From positions 13,818 through 77,817 of the forward strand of contig CAYYFE010000015.1 in NCBI GenBank assembly GCA_964471115.1: a DNA stretch of 64,000 nt. Direction: 5' to 3'. The DNA comes from an uncultured Solibacteraceae bacterium. GTDB lineage: Bacteria > Acidobacteriota > Vicinamibacteria > Vicinamibacterales > SCN-69-37. The notes beneath the pieces are model-generated. The model was not told the origin of the DNA and ran no database searches. It worked only from the letters and a program-made list of their open reading frames with translations. The number at the start of each line of letters is the position of its first letter. The stretch's first letter is position 1. The position numbers and the translations under genes are program-made. Of the stretch, positions 55,384 through 63,151 are shown one piece after another.

Positions 55384-56567
55384 CACAGTGCACTCCCGGC
55401 CGGCTGGCCGTCCAACTCCACCTTGCAGCAGCGGCGGCACACCGGGAACAGGCGGGCCTCCACCAGCTTCTTGCGCAGGGCCACGTACCGTGGCCCCGTC
55501 CACACCTCTTCCAGCGACTGCTGAGTCAGGTCGCCCACTTCCAGGCGGATGAAGGGGCAGAAGTACGCCTTGCCGGAGAACGACACCCGCGCGTAGAGGA
55601 ACGGATACAGGCAGCGGCCGGCCAGCGGTGTGCCCGGCGTGTAGTACTCATCGAGGATCGCGGGCTTGACCTTGGGCCGCATGTCGAACCGGATCCCCCG
55701 ATCGCGGCACTTCGCGATGAGCGCGTCCACCTGCGCGCGGACCCGCGCGGCGTCCAGCCCGGGGTCGTCGGTCACATACGTCGAGATCACCTTCGGGTCG
55801 TCGGTGCCCAGCTGGCGAATCGTGTCCTGCACCTCGGCCGGGGTGCTGAACATCAGGTGATTGAGGCCGATGGCGTCCACGCCCAGTTCCGCGGCCACGT
55901 CGACCATCTGGTCGAGCACCTCGAGCGTCTCGTGCGCGACCGTCGTGTTGATGCTGACGCGCAGGGGCGCGTGTGTGCGCCGCGCGGCCTCCTGCAGCCG
56001 CCGCAGGCCCGCCGACGTCCGCTCGAACGTGCCTTTGACGCCCCGGGCCTTGTCATGCATCTCGCCGGGGCCGTCAATCGACACACTGATGTGTTTGAGG
56101 AATCCGCGCGACGCCAGGTCGGCCAGCGCGTCGGCGCGTTCATCGGTGATGATCGTGCCGTTGGTGGTGAGGTAGCCGCAGACGTAGCCCTTGCCCTGAA
56201 AGACCTCCATCACGTCGAGGATGTCTTTCCGCATGAAGATTTCGCCGCCGGTGAGGCTGACCTGCAGCCCGTCCTGATCCGGAAACGCGCGGCGCAACGT
56301 GTCCATCGGCAGCTCCTGCCGCCATTCGCCCTCGATGTTGAGCAGGTCGCCGACGTAGCAGAACTCACACGTCAGGTTGCACCGCATCGTCGCTTCGTAC
56401 ACCACGCCCATGGGCAGGCGGCCGGCGTCGCCGGTGCGCTCGCGCTCGAAGCGTTCGACCTGCCGCGCGTACTTCCGTTTGCGGTACTTCGCCCACAGGC
56501 TGGTGAGGGCCGGCACGCCCCGGGCGCGGCGCGCAACGGCTTCACGGAGGTGGGCTGTCAGGGACAT
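55383..56567 (-). CDS. radical SAM enzyme with C-terminal SPASM/twitch-like Cys cluster
   Basis: CNLTCEFCYV (CxxxCxxC). C-terminal CLYPFLYARVSFSGKAYFCPF ... FPVCRRCCKVE. Confidence 0.8.
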   Translation of the reverse strand: MSLTAHLREAVARRARGVPALTSLWAKYRKRKYARQVERFERERTGDAGRLPMGVVYEATMRCNLTCEFCYVGDLLNIEGEWRQELPMDTLRRAFPDQDGLQVSLTGGEIFMRKDILDVMEVFQGKGYVCGYLTTNGTIITDERADALADLASRGFLKHISVSIDGPGEMHDKARGVKGTFERTSAGLRRLQEAARRTHAPLRVSINTTVAHETLEVLDQMVDVAAELGVDAIGLNHLMFSTPAEVQDTIRQLGTDDPKVISTYVTDDPGLDAARVRAQVDALIAKCRDRGIRFDMRPKVKPAILDEYYTPGTPLAGRCLYPFLYARVSFSGKAYFCPFIRLEVGDLTQQSLEEVWTGPRYVALRKKLVEARLFPVCRRCCKVELDGQPAGSAL

Positions 56568-56572
56568 GTGGG

Positions 56573-58246
56573 TCAGTGGATGCGCCAGACTTCGATGACC
56601 GGACCGGGCCGCGCCAGCGCCGGATGCCGAAGGGCATCCTCGTTGTGCTCGAACGGCGCCACCATGGCGCGCGCCTCTTCCCCGGCCTCGAGGCGATAGG
56701 GCAGAACCGTGGTGATCAGCTGCCCTTCACGCGCCAGCGCCCGGTCAAAGGACGTCAGCGACGGATTCGGGACATTGTACCGCTTCATCGCCACCCACTG
56801 CACGCCGCGGGCGCGCAACGGCGCCAGGCCGGAGGCATCGGTCACCTCTGAGGGCGACAGGTAGATCTTGTCGGCGTCCAGGCCGCCATCGCCCAGGTAC
56901 AGCAGCCGGTAGGCCGGCGCCGGATACGGCTCCAGCGCCAGCTGCTTCTGGAACCGGACGGAAGCCCGCGCCGCATCCCCGAGCCGCGCGCGCAGCGCCT
57001 CCAGCAGGCCGTCACGCGACTGTCTGAGCGGGACGCTGTAGGGCTGCACCAGCACGGTGGCGCCCGGTGCCACGTTCGCTTCGATCCAGCGTTGCGCCAG
57101 CGTCCGGGTGTCGTCCTGCCGGAAGAACTGGCCCAGGTGGACACTCTCGCGCGCCGCGCCCACCACCACCAGCACTCCCGCCATGACCAGGGCGCCCAGC
57201 CGGCTGAGTTGAGCGGCCCAGGCGAGTGAGGCGCCGGCCAGCACGGCCAGGAACGGCAGCACCGGATTCAGATACCGCGTCGCGGGCACGGTGTTGGCGA
57301 GGAACAGCAGAAACGCCACGGGGAAAACCACGAGCAGCAGGCCGCGGCGCCACGTCTGATGAAAGGTCAGGACACCCACGGCGGCCAGCCACGTGGTGAT
57401 GCCGCTGCCCAGCGCGTGATCGCTGGTGAGCCACCGCAGGTAGGTGCCGAGGTAGCCAAAGGCGCCGGCGGAGGACGTCGCGCGGTCCATCACGATCGCC
57501 CGGTTCTGCGTGATGTCCACCCACGCGGTGCGCCACTCCGGCAGCAGAAACGGCGAGGCCGCCAGGAAGACCACGGCCGCCGCCACCCCCGCCTGCATCA
57601 GGCCCGTCACCCGCGCCCGCCACGATTCCTCGGCCGTCAGGCGTTCGGCAGTGATGACGAGCGCGGCGAACACCGCGTAGTAATGCGTCGACATCGCCAG
57701 ACCGGCGGCCGCGCCCGCCCACCACAGCCGCCGCGGCGACGAGGAGGTGAGCGCCAGCGGGACGAGCATGATCAGCAGCGTGACCGGCACGTCATGTTTG
57801 ACGTAGTGCGCATCCTGCACCGCAAACGGCGCCACGGCCAGCAGCGCCGCGCCGATGAGGCCCGCTGTGGCGCCGCGCAGCCGCGCGCCGATCAGGTAGA
57901 CCACGACGATCGTCAGCGTGCCGCACAGCGCCGAGAGCAGGCGGCCCGACAGATACAGCGGTGTGGGGTCCACGAAGAACTGGCGCTCGAAGTCCGCCAG
58001 CGACCCCCACCAGCCCAGGGCCAGGCCGGCCAGCGCCGTGAGGCCCTCCCAGGCGAACAACGCGTAGAAGTAAAACGTGGGATACAGGAAGTTGCCGGGA
58101 TTGAGCGTGCCGGTGCCGAACGTCAGGGCGCGATTCATGATCGCGACCTCGTCCATGTTGTAGACCGCGGGCAGTCCGTAGCCAATCGCCTGAATCCTGA
58201 GCCAGAAACCGACTGCGACGATGGCCGCCAGGGCGATTCGGGTCAT
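56573..58246 (-). CDS. GT-C fold, ArnT/PMT_2-like membrane glycosyltransferase
   Basis: Start re-picked at MTRIALAAIVAVGFWLRI (ATGA overlap with the flippase gene). First-loop motif AVYNMDEVAIMNRAL. About 12 TM segments plus a C-terminal soluble domain. Confidence 0.75.
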   Translation of the reverse strand: MTRIALAAIVAVGFWLRIQAIGYGLPAVYNMDEVAIMNRALTFGTGTLNPGNFLYPTFYFYALFAWEGLTALAGLALGWWGSLADFERQFFVDPTPLYLSGRLLSALCGTLTIVVVYLIGARLRGATAGLIGAALLAVAPFAVQDAHYVKHDVPVTLLIMLVPLALTSSSPRRLWWAGAAAGLAMSTHYYAVFAALVITAERLTAEESWRARVTGLMQAGVAAAVVFLAASPFLLPEWRTAWVDITQNRAIVMDRATSSAGAFGYLGTYLRWLTSDHALGSGITTWLAAVGVLTFHQTWRRGLLLVVFPVAFLLFLANTVPATRYLNPVLPFLAVLAGASLAWAAQLSRLGALVMAGVLVVVGAARESVHLGQFFRQDDTRTLAQRWIEANVAPGATVLVQPYSVPLRQSRDGLLEALRARLGDAARASVRFQKQLALEPYPAPAYRLLYLGDGGLDADKIYLSPSEVTDASGLAPLRARGVQWVAMKRYNVPNPSLTSFDRALAREGQLITTVLPYRLEAGEEARAMVAPFEHNEDALRHPALARPGPVIEVWRIH

Positions 58247-59712
58247 CGCCGCATCACCTGCAACAGCAGCGCGCGCTCGGTCGGCCGCAGAAAGCCGGTG
58301 ACCGCGAGCCAGCCGCCGAAGATCGCGCACACGGTGGCCCCCCGCAGGAGCACACCGGTCAGGGGCGTCACGTCGGGGATCCACCGACCCGCCGTGGCCG
58401 CGATCACCCCCGCCAGGACGACCTGCGCCAGCCGCCGCCACTCATACGTCATCGGATATTGCCGGCGCGAGAACCACCCGGCCACCAGCGCCAGGGTCAC
58501 GTACGACAACACAAACGCGACGGCGGCGCCGACGGTGCCCCACGCGGGCATCAGCACCGCGCCGCTGCCCAGGCCCACTGCGGCTGAGGCAAACGTGGCC
58601 ACCGGGTAGTACTGCGTCTGACTGGTGAGATTGAGGCCGATCGAGGTCAGCAGATACACGCCCTGCCACACCAGGCCGGCCGCAATCAGGGGGACGACAA
58701 TGCCCGCCTGGGTATAGGCCGTCTCGCTCCACGGTGTGGCGGTCGTGAGCAGGCGCACCAGGTCCTCGGCAATCGCGGTCAGGCCGGCGGCCAGCAGCAC
58801 CAGCACCGCCACGCCGTAGGTCGTGATCTTGCGGAAGACCTCCCGGGCGTCCGGTTGTTTCGCCGTGGCGTAATAAAACGGCGCCCAGCCGGTCTCGAAG
58901 GCCGACAGGAACAGTTTGACCGCCTGGCCGATCGTCCCGCTGATCTGATACACGCCCAGGCTGCTGAGCGGCACGAACAGGTTGAGCAGCACCTTGTTGC
59001 CGCCGTCGAGCGCCTGCTGCGCCAGGCCGTGCGGCAACCTCGGCAGCCCGAAGCGCAGGCAGCGCCGCAGCACCTCGGCCGACCAGCGTCCCCCGATGAC
59101 CCGCCGCGTCCACGGCCAGAGCAGCGGCAACACGCCCACCGTGACGATCAGGTCGGCTACGAACAGGCCCGTGACGCCCCACTGCCACCACAACACCAGC
59201 AGAATGCGCAGCAGCAGCGTGCCGATCGACCGGCCGAACGTGAAGGCCGCAAACGTGGGGGCCGCCTTCTCCATCCGCATGACGTGGAACGGGATGAACG
59301 TGAAGGTCAGCAGGAAGATGTTGAGCAGCACGAGCCGCAGCGCGGGCAGATACCGGGCGGCGAGATCGCCGAAGAGCCAGCCCGCGATCGCCGGCGCGGC
59401 CAGTTGCCCGGCCGCCAGCAACGCGCCGCTGGCGACCAGAAGGAACCCGGCGAGCGTCCCGCCCAGCACCCGACGGGACGCCTCGTCGGCGCAGTCCAGG
59501 TAGAACCGCATGAACGCGCCGTCCAGGCCGAACCGGAAGAGGATCTTCGCGATCGTCTCCACGGCCAGCAGCAGCGCCAGCGCGCCGTAGTCCTCCTGCG
59601 TCAGGACGCGGAAGTAGAGCGGCAGCAGCAGATAACTGACGGCCGTGACACCGATGTCGCCCGCGCCGTAGATGGCGACGTCCCTGGACAGCGATCCGAG
59701 CGGTTTGCGCAC
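58243..59712 (-). CDS. Wzx-like oligosaccharide flippase (MOP superfamily polysaccharide biosynthesis protein)
   Basis: About 14 TM segments. N-terminus LSRDVAIYGAGDIGVTAVSYLLLPLYFRVLTQEDYG is typical of the family. Confidence 0.8.
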   Translation of the reverse strand: MRKPLGSLSRDVAIYGAGDIGVTAVSYLLLPLYFRVLTQEDYGALALLLAVETIAKILFRFGLDGAFMRFYLDCADEASRRVLGGTLAGFLLVASGALLAAGQLAAPAIAGWLFGDLAARYLPALRLVLLNIFLLTFTFIPFHVMRMEKAAPTFAAFTFGRSIGTLLLRILLVLWWQWGVTGLFVADLIVTVGVLPLLWPWTRRVIGGRWSAEVLRRCLRFGLPRLPHGLAQQALDGGNKVLLNLFVPLSSLGVYQISGTIGQAVKLFLSAFETGWAPFYYATAKQPDAREVFRKITTYGVAVLVLLAAGLTAIAEDLVRLLTTATPWSETAYTQAGIVVPLIAAGLVWQGVYLLTSIGLNLTSQTQYYPVATFASAAVGLGSGAVLMPAWGTVGAAVAFVLSYVTLALVAGWFSRRQYPMTYEWRRLAQVVLAGVIAATAGRWIPDVTPLTGVLLRGATVCAIFGGWLAVTGFLRPTERALLLQVMRR

Positions 59713-59721
59713 GGCGAGGTG

Positions 59722-60420
59722 TCAGGGGCGCTCGAAGCGCATCAGGTTCAGGAAACACCAGCCCGGGATGGGCAACAGGCGCGTGAGCGCGCGGTGCAGC
59801 GGCCGGAGCCGGGCCGGATGCCGGCGGATGTATTTCGTCAGCACCGGCACGGTCGGAAAGATGCCGCGCCGCTCCACCAACCGGAATCCCGCGCGCCGGG
59901 CGAGATCGATGTAGTCACCGGCCGGCCGGTCGCCAGGGTGTTTCTCCAGGCTCGCCGTGTGAATCAGCCGGCCCGTCAGGATGAAGTGCACCCGCGACTG
60001 CAGGTGCGCCAGGTTCGGCACCGAGACATACAGCTGTCCGCCGGGGCGAATCACGCGGAACAGCTCGCGCAACGCCTTTGGCTGATCGTCGAACGTGAGA
60101 TGTTCAAGCACGTCCAGGCACGTCGCGCAGTCGAACGCGCCGTCCGGATACGGCAGCGGAATGAGTGAGCCCCGCTTGACGAAACGCGACTCGTAATTGG
60201 GGTCGACGCCTTCAATGGCCAGTCGCGGGTGGAATTCCTCGACGAGCACGCCTTCACCGCACCCGGCGTCGAGCACCCGCGTCCCGTCAGGCAGCGACCG
60301 CAGGAACGCGCGCACACGCTCGAGCTTGGCGAGATACGTCGGATAGAACTCCCAGTCCGGAGAGAGGTTCCGGTGGTAGTCGCCGCGCAGCGCGTATTCC
60401 CCGGTTGCGTCAGCGCCCAT
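59722..60420 (-). CDS. class I SAM-dependent methyltransferase
   Basis: Motif I VLDAGCGEGVL, post-I DVLEHL, RPGGQLYVSVPN. Confidence 0.8.
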   Translation of the reverse strand: MGADATGEYALRGDYHRNLSPDWEFYPTYLAKLERVRAFLRSLPDGTRVLDAGCGEGVLVEEFHPRLAIEGVDPNYESRFVKRGSLIPLPYPDGAFDCATCLDVLEHLTFDDQPKALRELFRVIRPGGQLYVSVPNLAHLQSRVHFILTGRLIHTASLEKHPGDRPAGDYIDLARRAGFRLVERRGIFPTVPVLTKYIRRHPARLRPLHRALTRLLPIPGWCFLNLMRFERP

Positions 60421-60459
60421 CGGGCCGAAATTGTATCAGCGCGGGTATACACTTCGCCG

Positions 60460-62310
60460 ATGCCCGCCACCGCCACGTCACGAGCCGTGTACGGGGCGGT
60501 GACCGCGGTGCTGGCGGCCCTGGCCGTGATGGCGACCCGGCCCGCGCAGGCCGGCTTCGACTTTGGCACCCTGCTGCCGCCCGGGTTGGTCGACGGAGTC
60601 TACGACGTCGAGCGCGGCCCGGACGGGCTGACCTACGCGTGGACCCGGCCGGTGTTCACGGTGCGGCTCGACGCGATTGACCGCGCCGGCCCCTGGGGCT
60701 TGAGGCTCAGGATGCGTGCCGCGAGGCCGGACGGATCCGAACCCGAACTGACCACGGCCGTCGACGGCATTGTCGTCGATCGCAGCCGCCTGTCCGCCGA
60801 GTTCGAGACGCGCCGCGTGCCGTTGCCGCCGCGCGCCAGCCCCGGCCCGACGCACATTACGTTCACGGTGACACCGGCCTATGTCCCAGCCGGTGATCCG
60901 CGACCGCTGGGCGCGATGGTGGACTGGCTGGCCGTCGAGCGTCCGCCGGGCGTGTGGTGGGCGGCGTCGTTTCGCGGCTGGGTGGTGCTCGTGCCCGTCG
61001 TGCTCCTCGCCGCGCTGACGGCGCTGGTGTTCGGCGCGCCCGGCATCCTCGGTGGCGCGGCGCTGTCGGGGCTGGCGGCGTGGAGCCTCACCCGTGGACT
61101 GGGGCCGCTGGTCGACTGGCCCGTGGTCAGTCTGACCGCCGCGGCAGTTGCGGCCGGGGGAGCCGTTGCGCTCGTCAGCGCCGGCCGCCGGCTGGGTGCA
61201 ATGCTGGGCGTCGTGGCCGCCGTGGCCGTGATGCTCAAGTTGCTGATCCTCGCGCATCCGGACACGCCCATCGGCGATGCGATGTTCCATGCCCATCGAT
61301 TCCAGACGGTGCTGGCCGGCAATCTGCTCTTCACTTCGATCACGCCAGGCAACTACGACTTTCCGTACGCCCCCGGGTTGTACGTCCTGTCGACGCCGCT
61401 GGCGTTCCTGACCGAGACGTCACTCGACAAGGTCTGGCTCCTGCGCATCGTCACCACGGTGGCCGAGGCGGTGGCCGCCGGCGCGGTCGGCTGGTGGGTG
61501 GGCCGCGGCGGGCAGACGGGACTGGCGGTGACGACCGCCGCGGTGTGCCATCTGCTGCCGTTGTCGATGACCGTGCTCGTCGTGGGGAACCTCACCAACG
61601 CCTTCGCGCAGGCGGCGGCGGCTCTGGCGCTGGCCGTGATGGCCCGGAGCACCGGCTCGCGCGGGTCCACCGTGGCGGCGGTGGCGCTTGTGTTGACGGC
61701 CCTGCTCTCACACACCGGGACCGCCGTGTTGTTGACGACCCAGCTGCTGGCGATTGGGGCGTGGCTCGCGTGGAAGGGCGCAGACGGCAGCGGCCCCAGC
61801 GGCCGCTGGTGGATGGGCGTGGCCACGGTCTGCGCCTTGATCGCGACGGTGGCGTACTACGCGCACTTCTGGCCGGTGTACGAGACCGCGTTGACGCGCG
61901 CGGCGGCGGAAACAGGCGCGGCCGCCTCCACCGCGGGCTTTCGCACGCCGGGGCAGCGGCTGCGCGACATTCCGGTGCTGCTGTCGCTGTACTACAGCAC
62001 CGCCGGTGTGGTGCTGGGCATGGCCGGTGTGTGGTGGTGGCGCCGCTCCGGCCTCGCGAGCAGCGACCGTGTGGTCGTGGCGGCCGGCGGCCTGGTGCTC
62101 GCGGGGTTTCTCCTCGTCGGCGTGATCACGCCGATCGACTTCCGGCACTACCTGGCGGCCATTCCCCTGGTGGCGATTGTCATCGCGATCGGGACACACG
62201 CGCTGTGGTCGACGGGCCGCCTGGGGCAGGTGGCCGTGGCGTGTGTGTGGTCGGTTCTGGTGTGGTCAGCGCTGCGCAACGCGCTTCAGGGAATCGGGGC
62301 GACGGACTAA
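60460..62310 (+). CDS. polytopic membrane protein with N-terminal extracytoplasmic domain (possible GT-C-like transferase or polymerase)
   Basis: Start re-picked at MPATATSRAVYGAVTAVLAALAVMATRPAQA. About 170-aa beta-rich domain, then at least 11 TM segments. Loop HPDTPIGDAMFHAHRF. I recognise no family. Confidence 0.55.
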   Translation: MPATATSRAVYGAVTAVLAALAVMATRPAQAGFDFGTLLPPGLVDGVYDVERGPDGLTYAWTRPVFTVRLDAIDRAGPWGLRLRMRAARPDGSEPELTTAVDGIVVDRSRLSAEFETRRVPLPPRASPGPTHITFTVTPAYVPAGDPRPLGAMVDWLAVERPPGVWWAASFRGWVVLVPVVLLAALTALVFGAPGILGGAALSGLAAWSLTRGLGPLVDWPVVSLTAAAVAAGGAVALVSAGRRLGAMLGVVAAVAVMLKLLILAHPDTPIGDAMFHAHRFQTVLAGNLLFTSITPGNYDFPYAPGLYVLSTPLAFLTETSLDKVWLLRIVTTVAEAVAAGAVGWWVGRGGQTGLAVTTAAVCHLLPLSMTVLVVGNLTNAFAQAAAALALAVMARSTGSRGSTVAAVALVLTALLSHTGTAVLLTTQLLAIGAWLAWKGADGSGPSGRWWMGVATVCALIATVAYYAHFWPVYETALTRAAAETGAAASTAGFRTPGQRLRDIPVLLSLYYSTAGVVLGMAGVWWWRRSGLASSDRVVVAAGGLVLAGFLLVGVITPIDFRHYLAAIPLVAIVIAIGTHALWSTGRLGQVAVACVWSVLVWSALRNALQGIGATD

Positions 62311-63035
62311 CGCTGGTTGCCGCCGCCACCGCCGCCGCCGCCGCGACCTGGCCGCGGACCCGTGCCGCCCGGCCCTGCGGGAGGCCCACCGGCGCGTCCG
62401 GCGTCCGGCCCGGGAATGACCACGCCCGGGATCGTCGACGTCACCGTGCCGCCGGGGCCTGAGCGCAGATTCGGATTCGTCGAACCCGATCCCCCCGGGG
62501 TCGACGGCGGCAACTCGCCAATCTGACGCGCCGGCGGAATTTCGGAATCCGGCGACGGCGCGGGAGGCGGCACCAGCTGCGGCGGCTGAGGCGGTGGTGC
62601 CTGCTGTGGCGCCTGTGGAACCGGCGTCGAGGCGGCCGGCCCGCTGGCCACCGGCACGGTGCGCGAGGCCAGGATGAACACCGCGGCAATGGTGGAGGAC
62701 GAGGCGTCGGGGGCGATTCGCGGAGCCGCGCCGTAACCGGGCACGTCCCGCAGCAGGCTGCGCAACACCGCGGCCTCAGGCTCGTCGCGGAACTCCAGCA
62801 CGGGCACCGGCGCGCCGCTCAGCTTGTCCGCGTTCACGATCCGGGATCCGCCCTTGCGGCCCCATTCCTGCAGCACTTCCCGCACCGTGACGTTTTCGGC
62901 AACGATCGTCACCTTGCCGTCCTGGAAGCTGACTTCAAGCTTGCGCGGGCCCTGTGCCAGGGTGGGCCACGAGCCCGCCAGCACGATCGCAGCACTCACG
63001 CCGACGACGAATCCGGATCGGGTCAGGGACATCAC
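62307..63035 (-). CDS. secreted protein with STN-like N-terminal domain and Pro/Gly-rich tail
   Basis: Signal peptide ...VSAAIVLAGSWPTLAQ. VSFQDGKVTIVAENVTVREVLQEW resembles secretin/TonB short N-terminal domains. C-terminal half is low complexity, ending in GGGGGGGG encoded by a (GCC)n run. Confidence 0.5.
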   Translation of the reverse strand: MMSLTRSGFVVGVSAAIVLAGSWPTLAQGPRKLEVSFQDGKVTIVAENVTVREVLQEWGRKGGSRIVNADKLSGAPVPVLEFRDEPEAAVLRSLLRDVPGYGAAPRIAPDASSSTIAAVFILASRTVPVASGPAASTPVPQAPQQAPPPQPPQLVPPPAPSPDSEIPPARQIGELPPSTPGGSGSTNPNLRSGPGGTVTSTIPGVVIPGPDAGRAGGPPAGPGGTGPRPGRGGGGGGGGNQR

Positions 63036-63081
63036 AGGCCTCCAGAGGGGACGATTTCAGTATACGCCCCGTCGGCTTGCT

Positions 63082-63137
63082 CCGCACTGCGCACTGCGCA
63101 CTCCGCACTGGGCACTGCGCACTGGGCACTCCGCACT
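63082..63137 (+). repeat. tandem heptamer array (SSGCACT), 8 units
   Basis: ccgcact gcgcact gcgcact ccgcact gggcact gcgcact gggcact ccgcact. It lies in the spacer between two minus-strand genes, 15 nt past the radical SAM stop codon. Confidence 0.9.
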
Positions 63138-63151
63138 GCTTATGACGCTCG

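Noticed and set aside
63036-63151. Cys-containing repeat peptide (e.g. QCGVPSAQCPVRSAQC...) as a RiPP precursor for the adjacent SPASM radical SAM enzyme
   Set aside because: There is no ATG or RBS. The only track ORF here (62935-63129) uses an alternative start and overlaps the STN-like gene out of frame. Arrays with unrelated, Cys-free units occur at other junctions, so a DNA-level repeat is the simpler explanation. The idea is kept as a low-priority check in the findings.
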